A DNA stretch of 44,611 bases from assembly GCA_051294375.1 (NCBI GenBank), contig JBJCIZ010000646.1, forward strand, positions 1-44,611, given 5' to 3'. Below the pieces are notes generated by a model. The model was not told where the DNA came from, did not search any database, and worked only from the letters and a program-made list of their open reading frames with translations. Source of the DNA: Paraspadella gotoi. Taxonomy: Eukaryota; Animalia; Chaetognatha. The translations under genes were made by a program, and so were the position numbers. This document shows, one piece after another, positions 24,915-38,000 of this stretch (position 1 is the stretch's first letter; the number at the start of each line of letters is the position of its first letter).

Positions 24915-27900
24915 GATAAATGATGACAATGATAAATAATGAGAATGATGAATAAAAATGATGAATGATGAGAATGGTGAATTATGAGAATGATGAATTA
25001 TGAGAATGATGATATGATAAATGATGAGAATGCTGAATGATTAGATTTGATGAGTGATAAGAATGATGAATGATGAGAATGATAATGATGAGAATGTAAA
25101 TGATGAGAATGATAAATAATGAAATGATGAATTATGAGAATGATAAATGATGAGAAATGATGATGAGAATGATAAGAATCATAAATTGATGAGAATGATG
25201 AATAATAGAATGATGAATGAGGAGAAATGATAAATAATGAGATGATGAATGATCGAGAATGATAAATGATGAGATGATAAATATGAGAATCATGATGATG
25301 AGAATGATAAATACTGAGAATGATGAATGATGAGATTGATAAATGATGAGAATGATAAATGAGAGAATGATGAATGATGAGAATGATGAGAATGATAAAT
25401 GATGAGAATGATAAATAATGAGAAAGATTAATGATTATGAATGATGATAATGATAAATGATGAGAATGATGAATGATGTAGATTGATGAGTGATGAGAAT
25501 GATGAATGATGAGAATGATAAATGTTGAGAATGATAAATGATGAGAATGATAAATAAGAGAATGATGAATGATGAGAATAATGAATGATGAGAATGATAA
25601 ATGATGATAATGATGATGAGAATGATAAATGATGAGAATCAAAATGATGAGAATGAATAAATAAATGAGAATGGTGAATGATGAGAATGATAAATAATGA
25701 GAATGATGAATGATGAGAAATGATGAGAATGATAAATGATGGAATGATAAATAATGAGAAATCGAGAATGATGAATGATGAGAATTGATAAATGATGAGA
25801 ATGGAGAATGATGAACGATGATAATGATAAATGATCAGAATGATGAAAATTCGAAAAAACTGAGCCAAATCATTACCGCTTTCTTATTTAGAATTTTTTC
25901 TCTTCTCTGTGATGACACAAATGATAATGATAAAAAATCGTTTTAAACTATAATTTATATTTATATGTATTTCCCCAGGACTTTGGCTATTTCCTTCCGC
26001 CTCGGTATGGACGTTGTCTTCAGTTTCCAAAGTCAGGAAACGTTATGCTAAGTTTACTGGACCATCGGCTGGACTCGAGCTTATGCTCTTCTTAATACTG
26101 ATGAATACACATTTTTCAGCAATATTGTGAGCTTGAAGCAAGCAGGTTCCCCTGCTTGGTGGATTAAAATATTGCAGGTTCCTGCTTGGTGAGGTTACCA
26201 AGCTTGCAGTTCCTTGCTTGGTGAGATTGAAAGCTTGCGGACTCGCTATATTATTATCGTGTAAGAGAACATGGCTGTCCAAAGTCGGGGCACGATAGCT
26301 AATATCTTACAATTAATTATCTCACCAAGAATAGAAATTACAGATAATTTATCGTTTGAGTCCATGTACCAACTAAAATAAGAATGAATAAATCAATTTA
26401 TGAATGAACTTATGAAAGAATTTAAAAAATGGATGAATTATTAATGAAATAATTTAGGACTCGAGATCGAGATTCAATCCGCCTAAAACATCCGCTTATC
26501 CCTAAGAAAAATGATTTTATGTCAAAGCTGGTTCCATTGACATCTATCGCTATAAGAAAGTAATTGTGATTTTAGAGAGAGAGAGAAGAGAGAGAGGAGA
26601 GGAGAGAGAGAGAGAGAGAGAGAGAGAAAGAAGAGAGAGAGTGTGTGTTAATAGTGATCTAGTATCGACATTTTGTTCAGAGAATAAATAATTTTAATAA
26701 TAATAATTTTTCAAATGATCTTAAGTTGAAATTGTCACGAATGGGTGAGCCTTACGGAAAATGCATCAACATAACGGATGAAGAAGATCTTGAAAGATTT
26801 TATCCTCATATTCTCAGATTGAATAAGAATACAAACTGACGAATAAATATTCAGCTTCAGGTTTGTTAAAAGAATATTAAAAATGATATATGATTAAAAA
26901 AAACTGATATGACTAATTCTCCTATGAAATATCTATTATTTCAGGATTGCGAAAGTATCTGTCATACGAAACGATCAAGCATTATTGTAGCTGTCGTGAA
27001 AGAGTTCTCCTTCATCATCGAGATCCTGACAAAAACGGAGACAATGCATTTGACTTCTGCCACACCAGACCACAGAACAAAGTGTCAAAGGAGCTGATGC
27101 TCGATTTAAAAGACAAATTAAGTAAGTTTATTAATTTGGACTAAATTCTGTAAGCTATCTTGATGTTTTCATAAAGAAATAACCTGTATGCTTATATGCT
27201 TCACTTAATAAAAAAAAACTAAAATACTAAAATATATATTCAATCATTAAATATGATTTTTTTGTAGCGTGTGGAAGTCTTGATTTTCCTACTAGTCCTG
27301 ACCTACAATGTCCAAATTCATGCAGGTGAATTAAAACTCAATTTATATTCAGATTAGATTCATACGTTCAGAGTATAAAGTTTTAAATATTTTTTGACAT
27401 CTAACATTTAGAGGCTAATTGAAAATAAATGTCTTTTCATTATGGTCTTTTCATATATTGAAATACATTCTTTGAAATATTATACCACTACTAACTTATC
27501 TATCTACGGGAATTGTCCAGGTACTTCTAATCTGGGAGTGATAAACGAGGGACTATGTGAGGAAGAGTCTGATTGATGATAGCTTGCAGGGACACGTAAT
27601 GCTAATGTTTTACCATACAATCATTGTAAGAAAGGAAGTGATGGAGCCTGCATTAAAACTGAGACCCACAAAGGCCTGTCTCAATGTAAACAGTCAGGGC
27701 AAGATAGCTTTATTTATTATTAAATGAATGGATAATTTTTATATTGGTTGTACCGAATTTCATAATAAATATACATAATAATAAATTAATAATAATAATA
27801 ATAATATATAATAATAATAATACACATATATTAATAAATAATATACTTCTAAAATTACAACAAAATATCAGTTGTTATACATGTGAAATTTTGGTATACC

Positions 27901-30573
27901 TTGATTGCTATTTTGATAATTACAGCCATCAATTGTCATGTTTAATTATGATCGAAGACTCTTACAAGAGTTCTAACTATGTCCAATGAAAATAAAAATC
28001 GTTGTTCCATCCAAAACTGTCTTCCCTAATTATGATGGCTAAAATTTTTCAGAGACTTAGAGAATATAATTTTATTCTTGTCCTATTGTTTACTTAACTA
28101 TTTTGTATCGTTTAATTTGTTTTCTAAATTTTCTTTCAAAAATGATTACTGTTTTAAATGTTATTTTCTTTTAGCCATCTTTATTTGTTTCATTGTCCCT
28201 GGTCATTATCTTTATTCCCCTTACCTCTCATTCATTATCAGTGAGACGACACTTCTCATCTGAGATCAGCTCTGGTCATTATCCTTTATTCCCCTTACCT
28301 CTCATTCATTATCAGTGAGACGAAACCTTTCTCAATCTGAGATCAGCCTCGGGTCATTATCCTTTATTCCCCTTACCCTCATTCATTATCAGTGAGACGA
28401 CCTTCTCATCTGAGATCAGCTCTGGTCATTATCCTTTATTCCTCTTACCTCTCATTCATTATCAGTGAGACGACTTCTCATCTGAGATCAGCTCTGGTCA
28501 TTATCCTTTATTCCCTTACCTCTCATTCATTATCAGTGAGACGACCTTCTCATCTGAGATTCAGCTCTGGTCATTATCCTTTATTCCCCTTACCTCTCAT
28601 TCATTATCAGTGAGACGACCTTCTCATCTGAGATCAGCTCTGGCATTATCCTTTATTCCCCTTACCTCTCATTCATTATCAGTGAGACGACCTTCTCATC
28701 TGAGATTCAGCTCTGGTCATTATCCTTTATTCCCCCTTACCTCTCATTCATTATCAGTGAGACAACCTTCTCTACTGAGATCAGCTCTGGTCATTAGAGT
28801 GCGAGCAACTAGGGGTTAACATAAAAATTTTACTTGAGTGAACAAACAAGAAATATTTAGACGTGATGATAGTATGAATTAAGAAGTACTTAACATTAAA
28901 TATTTTGCTCTTAATATTGTTTTTGGGGAACAAGTATCATTAAATTACATATATGATATTATAGTAATTATCTTATATAAAATTATACAATTTTTCAAAA
29001 TATTTCTTTTTAAAATGGTTTTATATAGATAAAGTCTAAGATTCTTCGCATAATTTGTAGTAGGTAGGAGACTATATATGATGAAACATGCTTTGGTCAT
29101 GATTTTTGGGGCAGCCTTAAACCTTAAAATTCTCTTGTAACATATTTTAGCAAAATGTTGTTTTCGTAGAGTTTTTTTGCGGTCGCGGAAAATTCGAAAC
29201 CTGGTTCTTGGAAGAGATTAAAAAAGAAGTATGGATCTTAAAATAAATATTTTATTGATTAAACCAATTCGCCATTATTGATGAAGCTGTTTTGGCAACT
29301 TTTTTTTTGAGAAATGGCTGTGCGATTATGTGTTTGATGTACAGTATACAGTAGGGCGAGCCAAGAACGTTTTTGGAATGGGGAAGGCGGGCGCGTCGGG
29401 GTTCGCAGGGGGTGGGGGGGGGGCGGCAGCTGCACGGATTAGGAGCTTTTCATCCACTGACCACCCTACTGGTCATTATCGCTTTAATTACCCCTTAAAC
29501 CTCTAATTTATTATCAGTGAGACGAACTTTCCATCTGACATCAGCTCTGGTCATTATCCTTTATTCCCCTTACCTCTCATTCATTATCAGCGAGACGACC
29601 TTCTCATCTGAGTTCAGCTCTGGTATTATCTTTATTCCCCTTAACCTCTTCATTCATTATCAGTGAGACACAAGATCACTTCTCAATCTGAGATCAGCTC
29701 TTGGTCATATATCTTTAATTACCCTAAGTTGTAGTTAATTCAAATAGCGATGTCCGGCCGGCGATTCACGCCGAGTCGCAGGTGTGGTTCTAGTTGGTTG
29801 GTCGACTTCGCCATGGGGCGATATCGCCAGGGGTTGGCCGATGTTCGCCAAGTCCCCCACTGGCGACCTCGCCGTGATAAAAGTAGCGATATAATGAAAG
29901 CGCAGCTAACACGGGGATGAAAAACTACCTACAGGCTCCTCTCCCAACCCTAACCCTAAACCAAAACCTCGCCGTTCAATCTCTGTGCTCTCCCTAACCC
30001 CTAACCCGGGCCCAGGCCTCCCGTAATCTCCGTGCTTTCAACCCTAATGTGCCTCGCCACGTACTTCCCTAGCCTACCTAATGTGGGTTTCTTGTCATCA
30101 ACAAACACGCTTCCCTATCCCCTACCCTAACCCCCTAAACCCTAACACTAACCCCCCCCTATCCCTAAAATTGACATTAATACATAAGCACTAAAATAAA
30201 CTTAACTTATACTCAACCCTTAACCCTACCCTAAACTAAACTCAACCCTAACCCTAACTTACTACCACACAGCTCAACCCTAAACCCTAAACCAACTCAA
30301 CCCTAACCTACAACCTAATCTGTGATTTAGTTTTAGGGGGCGAAATCGGCCATAATAGAAGAACGCTAGTGTAGGTTAGTGCGAAATCGCCCAAAAATCG
30401 CGACTCTAGCCATGACGCGCAGTCGCACATTTGCGGTTAGAGATCAGCTCTGGTCATTATCCTTTATTCCCCTTACCTCTCATTCATGTATCAGTCGAGG
30501 ACGGCACCTTTCTCATCTGAGGATCACTATCTGGTCATTATCCTTTATTCCCCTTACCTTCATTCATTATCAG
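24915..30573 (+). pseudogene. Copy C: intron 6 to intron 11 of gene 1 repeated with many indels (exons 7-11 frameshifted); probable assembly duplicate
   Basis: Abrupt jump at a G run (~24910) back to the sequence of ~20122; noisy colinear match to copy B; bounded by the N gap at 30578. Confidence 0.7.
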
Positions 30574-30577
30574 TGAG
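28198..30577 (+). repeat. 73-bp splice-acceptor minisatellite, copy C (8 + 3 + 2 acceptors)
   Basis: CAG ends at 28241, 28315, 28392, 28465, 28536, 28610, 28682, 28757, then two later blocks. Confidence 0.88.
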
Positions 30578-30811
30578 NNNNNNNNNNNNNNNNNNNNNNN
30601 NNACCACCTTCTCATCTGAGATCAGCTCTGGTCATTATCCTTCAGACAAGAATTTCTTTGAAGTCGCCGATCGACTTCAGAAAAATCCAAGAACTCAAGT
30701 AATATTTGGGCTTCCAACTGATGATGAGAGAAAAAGTCTAAAAAAATCCTGGTATGCGGATAATGAATTTTGGAATGCAAGCCAAACTGACGAATTTGAA
30801 GACAAAGTCAG
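30574..30811 (+). CDS. DEG/ENaC gene 1 exon 12 (25 Ns inside; copy A shows no missing bases there)
   Basis: SETTFSSEISSGHYPSDKNFFEVADRLQKNP...EFEDKVR|gtatga. Confidence 0.85.
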
Positions 30812-30910
30812 GTATGATTAAGAATATCTAGTATATAATTGTATATTATAATTAATATTATTTTATTTTATCTCTATTTATGTAATTTGTGATAAAAAAA
30901 ATTGTTACAG

Positions 30911-30986
30911 ACACAATCTCGTTCGCCTAAAGATCTTTTACAAATTGTTGAACTTTGAAGTCATAAAAGAAAAGCCTAACTATGAG
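30911..30986 (+). CDS. DEG/ENaC gene 1 exon 13
   Basis: HNLVRLKIFYKLLNFEVIKEKPNYE; cag|...|gtgaga. Confidence 0.92.
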
Positions 30987-31104
30987 GTGAGAAAACAATA
31001 ATAAGTAATGAGTATAAAAAATCTTAACTAGAAACTATTCTACACTTTTTTCCGAAAGTGTCCAATTTCTGGTTCTTAATTCCTGAACTTTATTTTAACT
31101 TTAG

Positions 31105-31222
31105 TATTAAACCTTAATGTGTAACCAAACCCTTAACCAAATTCCTATCCCTAACCTTAACCCTAACCCTAACCCTAAACCTTAATCACTAATCTTAATC
31201 CCTAACCCTAACCCTAACCTCA
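31105..31222. repeat. Degenerate interstitial (CCCTAA)n in intron 13
   Basis: Direct reading; similar tracts at 41242-41266 and, inverted, ~18127-18175. Confidence 0.7.
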
Positions 31223-31391
31223 CATTAACATTTAGCCTAATCTTTTACCTTGTGATCTGCAAAAGAGCCCTATATTTATATTGTGTTATATATTCTGTAA
31301 TATATTCTATAATAGACAAGTGCTTTTCTCCCATCATCTTCATTCAGCTTCAAAATGTGCAACCTTTCATTGTTCTTATGTTTCTCATTAG

Positions 31392-31562
31392 TTCATCAAC
31401 CTCGTTTCTGATCTCGGAGGAAACACTGGCCTTTGGGTCGGATTCTGTGTCTTGACAGTCATTGAATGGATTGTTCTCATTGTCAATCTCATTATGGTCT
31501 GTCTTGGTCGCACTGCTCCTGGAGGAGGGAATTCTGCTTATGAGCCTCCAAAGAAAGTATAA
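31392..31562 (+). CDS. DEG/ENaC gene 1 exon 14 (TM2, stop)
   Basis: FINLVSDLGGNTGLWVGFCVLTVIEWIVLIVNLIMVCLGRTAPGGGNSAYEPPKKV*. The 14 exons sum to 1797 nt = 598 aa + stop. Confidence 0.93.
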   Translation, partial: FINLVSDLGGNTGLWVGFCVLTVIEWIVLIVNLIMVCLGRTAPGGGNSAYEPPKKV

Positions 31563-32351
31563 TGATAAATTTGAATATTTTATTAGCAATTGAAAGTTTT
31601 CTCAAAATCAAATTGTGTACATACGTAGGAATATTTGTTAACATAATTAGGAATTGAGATTTATATCAAAGTTTTGTCTTTAAAATGTTATTATGTTTAT
31701 AAAAGAAGAGGACAGTTTTTAAAACGTTCTTAGTATTGTTTATTTAATGTGACATCTGATACTTATAACTTTAATTTCAAACTTTTGAGTTGTAAATAAG
31801 TACGGCGAATATCTTTATTTGGTATACAACTGTAAAACTAATCTCTTTCAAATTGTCAGATTATGAATCTGAATATCCTACCTACTGACCATAATTTTCT
31901 ATTTTTTTACAATCCTAACATTATTTGTGTGAAAATATTTTGGAATTTTTCTTGTACATTTTAGTAAATATGGTGAGATGAAAATTAAACAGAATTATTG
32001 TTCTTTAATCGTTTTCTCTTTTTAATGTGCTGTGCATATCAGTGATGAACAGATAAAACAAAAGGCAGATAAATAGCTAAAATATATATTTTAACCTGAA
32101 AAGGATAAAAGATGCCAATAAAATATTTTTTTTTAGAATACATGATTCCAGGGACTTGCTATGTTATTATATTGTAAGAATGATGGAGTCCTTAAACTAA
32201 TATAATCAGGAGACATGATAGCTTATTTATTAAATAATTGGATAATTATTACGTTGGCTGTACCAATTTCATTAGTTATTTTTCTAATCGCATATATCAT
32301 TACCGTAGTTTGATACCAAAAGGAAAAAAGTAAAGTTTGGTTAAGGTTAAA

Positions 32352-32358
32352 GTTAGTC

Positions 32359-32426
<68 letters not shown>

Positions 32427-32446
32427 TTACTAACCACTGGTTAGTC

Positions 32447-32509
<63 letters not shown>

Positions 32510-32535
32510 GGTTACTAACCACTGGTTAGTCTAAT
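32352..32535. repeat. (AAT)n tracts punctuated by the palindrome ACTAACCA-C-TGGTTAGT
   Basis: Palindromes at 32429-32445 and 32514-32530. Confidence 0.85.
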
Positions 32536-32740
32536 ATTCAAAAAACCAATCTTTTTTTTTGCTGAAAACCAAAAAAAAAAATCACCGCCTGGGAAGATCC
32601 TAAACAGTAAGGCGTAGTAAAATTTTTAAATTTAACTTTAATTAAAATTTTAAAAGTGAGGAAGGAACAATATTATACTAATGAACATTTATATATAAAA
32701 AATTATAATAAATTTTACAATTTACGCAGTAGGCCATATT

Positions 32741-33090
32741 TATACTAGTACTAATCCAATAAATGTTAAAATTTCAAAACAGTTTTTTCTAAGATTTTCT
32801 TTACAGATTTGGATTCGTTATAAAAAGTTGATAAACAGAAATATAACTCTTTTTGAAAATTTTTTTCGTTAAGTGGGTCAAAAATTAGAAAAAGCTATAT
32901 TTTAAGCTGAAAATTAACTTTTTATATATTAAATATAGCTTTTTTAATTTTTAACCCTCTTAATGAAAGAATTTTTAAAAATGATTTATATTTTCTTTTA
33001 TAAACTTTTGACGAAGAATTCAAATCTGCAATCAAAATTAAGAAAAGCCTATTTTGAAATTTTTTGATTTTATAAGGATAGTACTATACT
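32741..33090. mobile_element. AT-rich palindromic MITE-like element
   Basis: Long imperfect inverted arms (CAGATTTGGATTCG...AAAAGCTATATTT vs AAATATAGCTTTT...GAATTCAAATCTG). Confidence 0.65.
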
Positions 33091-33530
33091 ATACTGCAAA
33101 AATTAAAAAAACATAAAATCTCATAAACATAAACTCTCGTCGTGGTCCATCAACCTTATTTACCTTTTGTAAAGGTCTTTAAAAATATTCGATATTCATT
33201 TATAAACAATACAGTTCATTGTTATTTTCAATGCTTTGATAATTCATGATTCTATTTCATAAACAGATCGCATTAATGTTAGTTGGCCATCGTCGGGGTT
33301 TTTTTATTAATGTGATTATTGGTTTATGGGTTCATGTTATTTGAATAGTGGCTAGGCCGAGCTACACTGAGAGATCATTGCTGTTCTATCGTTAACCGAT
33401 GCTTACCTTTTTGCTTCCTCCAGTTCTTGATTTCTAAGACTCATTAAATCCTATGATATAGATACTCTCAGAAGGTTGAGCGACCAACGGTAAAACCCCG
33501 CCATCAGTAATGGTTGTTCATATTGCTTTT

Positions 33531-33731
33531 TGTGGCAACTCGAATGAACTGTTCACGCAACGTTACAACCGTATCAACCAAGCGACTCTCTCTCTCTCTC
33601 TCAAATGTATTGTTTATATCGAATGGTCACTTAGTGAAACAGACGTAGTCTTTTATTCCCGTTTCTCTCGTTTTACTGTTTATTGAAGAATACATCATTC
33701 TTGCTTTGAACCAATCTCGATCATTGCCACA
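33531..33731 (+). repeat. 5' LTR (201 bp)
   Basis: TGTGGCAA...TTGCCACA termini; near-identical to 38471-38676. Confidence 0.95.
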
Positions 33732-33733
33732 CG

Positions 33734-33751
33734 TGGTGAGCCCGACGTGAT
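33734..33751 (+). promoter_or_regulatory. Primer-binding site, tRNA-Trp
   Basis: TGGTGAGCCCGACGTGAT, 2 nt after the LTR; one base from the known tRNA-Trp PBS TGGTGACCCCGACGTGAT. Confidence 0.85.
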
Positions 33752-33900
33752 AAAAATAAAAAATTTAAAAAGTCGAAACTTTATCCTAATAATCTCATCC
33801 AAATAAAAAAAAATAAAAAAAAAATAAATAAATAAATAAATAAAAAAAAGAAAACATTTCTCGTCCAAAGAATTTGAATACCAAACCAAAAAATCAACAT

Positions 33901-35052
33901 ATGCCGAAGGGAATACGTCTTGAGAGCAGGTCTCGTCCAGTCAGTCCCGCTGACGAAGAAGAGATCACCATCGATATGGCGACCGACAGAATCCAAACTC
34001 GCAGCCAAACTGGCGCTCACGGCGACGACACGTTCCACGACGCCGCCGCCTCCAGCTCTGTAACTGCCCCAATGACTTATAGCGAACTCTGTGCCGCTGT
34101 CCTGCAAATGCAAGAAAGCATCAAGGCTCTAACGCGCGTCCATGAAAGCCATTCTCCCAATGCTAGTGCTAATTCCGCCGATAGTGACTTGGCGCCACAT
34201 CTCCGCGTCTCCTCAGAAAGCAGAANNNNNNNNNNTCGCGCAAGGACGCCAAAACTGGCGCCATTCGACGTCGACCACATAGAGGAGTGGCTTGATCATT
34301 CAGAGATCGCCTTTCGAGTCGCCGGCGTCACCGATCAATTGGACAAAAAAGCACATATGCTGTCTTCAATCCCAGTTGAAAAACATCGCCTGATCCCGCA
34401 CGAAATCAGAATCTCGGTCAACCCGGCGTCATATGAGCAACTCCGTAACCACCTCAACAAAGTCTATGGGCAGAGAGATGCCCAAAGGGCTAAAAAACTC
34501 CTCAAAATGACGTCGCTACGCGGCGCAACGCCCACGCAATTCCTTGCCTCTCTTCGCGCACAGGCCAAAGGTCTTACACTGGAAAATGTCATCGCGGCCC
34601 TTCTCTCTACAGCTTTGCCACCCAACGTCAGGGACCATGCATGCAAAGATGGTAAAACCGCCGATACCATTGCTGCAGATGCAGATGAGTTTTTCTCTCC
34701 ATCCGGCCAACCTCTCACCTCCGTTTCCACTAATGCAAACGTCAATGCAGTTTCCATTGCTGAGGACGAAGTTGCCGAAGTCATTGAACCTCCTGAGGAT
34801 TTCATTGACACTCCTGCAGAGGAAGCACCCCTTTCTTACGCAAATGCTGTTCGACGCCCACCACCCCGCCAACAACAGCGACCGCTACCACGGCCACCCA
34901 ATCGGCCACCATCTGCTGGACGTTTTAACCGCCGCCCTCCCGCTGATCCTACAGACTGCTGGTACCACTTCAGGTTTGGACCTAAAGCTAAGCAGTGTGA
35001 AGGAGGCTCCTGCACTAAAACAACGGCAAACACCAACGCCGGCGGCCGTTAG
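33901..35052 (+). CDS. gag: Retrotransposon Gag
   Basis: PKLAPF...EEW...F N-terminal motif; CWYHFRFGPKAKQCEGGSC knuckle; short N gap at ~34226. Confidence 0.88.
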   Translation: MPKGIRLESRSRPVSPADEEEITIDMATDRIQTRSQTGAHGDDTFHDAAASSSVTAPMTYSELCAAVLQMQESIKALTRVHESHSPNASANSADSDLAPHLRVSSESRXXXXRARTPKLAPFDVDHIEEWLDHSEIAFRVAGVTDQLDKKAHMLSSIPVEKHRLIPHEIRISVNPASYEQLRNHLNKVYGQRDAQRAKKLLKMTSLRGATPTQFLASLRAQAKGLTLENVIAALLSTALPPNVRDHACKDGKTADTIAADADEFFSPSGQPLTSVSTNANVNAVSIAEDEVAEVIEPPEDFIDTPAEEAPLSYANAVRRPPPRQQQRPLPRPPNRPPSAGRFNRRPPADPTDCWYHFRFGPKAKQCEGGSCTKTTANTNAGGR

Positions 35053-38000
35053 TCGCCCGTGTCGCCGGCCAAACTCAAAGCAACCTCTTCTACTTACGCG
35101 ACAATGACGCCGGCCTCGAGTGGCTCGTTGATGGCGGATCTGAGGCAACACTCCTTCCTGCTACCGACGCTGACCGAGCCGCCGCCCAAGCAGACCCTGC
35201 CGGCGTCAAGGCTGCACTCAGCGCTGCAAACCTCCCACCCCTTCGTGCTGCAAATGATTCTCCCATCCCTGTCTATGGCATTAGGGAGATGAACATTCGC
35301 CTTGGAAAACAATCATTCACATACCCCGTCGCCATCGCCGACGTCGCAATCCCCATCCTTGGCGCAGACTTCATGATGCAGCACCACCTCGGGGTCGATC
35401 ACCAGCGCCGCATCTTGCTTAATCTTGATGACTTCTCAGTAATTACAGGCCACGCCCATGATTGTACCACATCCACACAACCACCTCGAGTCCTTCATGT
35501 ACGAGACGCCTATTCCTCTCTTCTTGATGAGCGCCCTGAGCTAACACAACTGGTTTTCAGCTCCAATCCTCCAAAACATGGCGTACAGCACCACATCCCA
35601 ACCAGAGGTCCTCCAGTACATGCCCGCGCACGTCGCCTTGCACCAGATCAGCTCGCTGCTGCAAAAGATGAATTCCGCAAAATGGAGCAGCTAGGAATCA
35701 TTCGCCGCTCCACCTCTGCTTGGGCATCACCCCTTCACGTGGTCCGTAAACCTGATGGCTCTCTCCGCCCATGTGGTGATTATAGACGCCTCAACAGCGC
35801 CACTTGCGATGATCGGTATCCAATCAGGCACCTCATGGATTTTAATGCTGACATTGCTGGCAAGTCTATTTTCTCAAAAATAGACTTGTGTAAGGGATAC
35901 CATCAAATACCCGTTGCTAAAGAGGACCGGCATAAAACAGCCATTATCACTCCTTTTGGCCTGTGGGAGTTCAATTTCATGCCATTTGGGCTCAAGAACG
36001 CAGGTCAAGACTTCCAACGGATGATGGACCAGGTCCTCAGCAACATCCCCCATGTTTTTGTATACTTGGACGACCTCCTTGTTGCATCCTCCTCCCATGA
36101 GGAACACATGGCAGATCTCAAAAGGGTCTTCAACGCCCTTGCAGACAATGGCCTAGTGGTCAATCGCAGCAAATGCGTTTTTGGTGCACCCAGCCTGGAA
36201 TTTCTTGGCTACTTTGTAGACAAGGATGGGGTCAAACCACTCCCAGCCAAAGTAGATGCAATTCGCAACATGCCTACCCCCACTTCTGTCAAGGAACTCC
36301 AACGATTTATGGGCATGTTTAATTACTACCGGCGATTTGTGCCCCATGCTGCCCACCACCTCGACCCCCTCCTAGAGGCTCTCCGTGGCAAACCTCGATC
36401 CTTAAAATGGGCACCAGCACAAGACACTGCATTTCGTGCCATCAAGGATGCCCTTGCCGAAGCTACAATGCTTGTGCACCCCATTGACGGTGCCCCACTT
36501 GCACTAACAGTCGATGCCTCAGATGTAGCAGTTGGCGCTGTACTTGAGCAGAGGGTCAACACGATCTGGCAACCACTGGGTTTCTTTTCAAAGCCTCTCA
36601 AGGCCATGCAACGAAAATGGCCTCCCTTTGATAAAGAATTGTTGGCTGCTCATCATTCCATTCGCCATTTCCGCCCCTACCTAGAAGGACGGCGATTCAC
36701 GCTATATAGCGATCATATCTCGCTTGTCCCAGCAGTGCGAAAAAAGGCGGAAGCCCATACAATGAGGCAAGCATACCAGCTAGCAGGCATTGCTGAATAC
36801 ACCGGCGACATACGACACATTTCTGGTAAGACCAATGTTGTTGCCGATGCTCTATCCAGGCCACCCAATGCTCCAGCACCTAACCCTGAAGCTCCAGAAT
36901 GTCCAAAAGCTCCTACGCCAACCAACACTTTTGATGCACAAAGAGCTGAAAACGATGTCACAGCTACAATCAATGCCATTGGCGCCTTGCGCATCAACTT
37001 CCATTCTATGGCAGCAGATCAAGAAGCTGATGACGATGTTCAACGACTCATGAACGATCCTCACACAGCCCTCAAGCTCAGGCGTATCTCTATGGATGGT
37101 ACCACTCTTATCTGTGATGTTTCTGGCCAACGGGCCCGCCCATTAGTTCCTGCTACATGGCGCCGCAGAGTTTTTGATGCAACCNNNNNNNNNNCACATC
37201 CCGGAGTGCGTGCATCCAAGCGGCTCATCACCACTCGTTTTGTATGGCCTTCAATCCAAAGCGACATCAGCCGCTGGGCATCATCATGCGATGCCTGCCA
37301 ACGCTCAAAGGTGCAGCGCCACATCCAAGCACCACTGCAGCATTTTGACCCACCAACTCGCCGATTTATGCACGTCCATATCGACCTGGTGGGCCCATTA
37401 CCTGCATCCTCTGGCCACACTCATCTGCTCACAATGATAGACCGTTTTACACGCTGGCCCGAAGTTGCACCACTCCGAGAAACATCAGCTGCCTCCATCG
37501 CTAATGCTTTCCTCCAGAACTGGGTTTCTCGTTTTGGAGTTCCCCGCATCGTCACTACAGACCGCGGGGCACAGTTCACATCAGAGCTCTGGCGTCAAGT
37601 TGCTGCTGTAGTGGGCTTTGATCTCACCACTACCACCGCCTATCATCCACAATCTAATGGCATGATAGAACGCCTTCACCGATCTCTCAAAACAGCACTT
37701 AGAACTCGTTGCGATACAGCTGGGAGCAACTGGCTCAATCAACTTCCATGGATCCTCCTTGCCCTCCGTGCCACACCCAGGGACGACTCCAACATTTCGC
37801 CAGCTGAGCTCACCCTAGGTGAAGCACCTGCCCTGCCTGGGGAGCTTCTTCCAGCACCATCGACCGAAACTGATGCTGAGGCACGAAATCGAATCTTGGA
37901 GGAGCTTAGAGCTGACGTTGCCTTGATGCAACCACTCCCTGCTGCTTGGCACAACCCTTCACCCTCTCACATCCCTGAGACACTTGCTAGTGCTACGCGG

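Noticed and set aside
31350-31589. Minus-strand 79-aa ORF
   Set aside because: Antisense shadow of the TM2 exon
34464-37954. Antisense and alternative-frame ORFs inside the retrotransposon
   Set aside because: Short shadows of GC-richer gag/pol with no motifs
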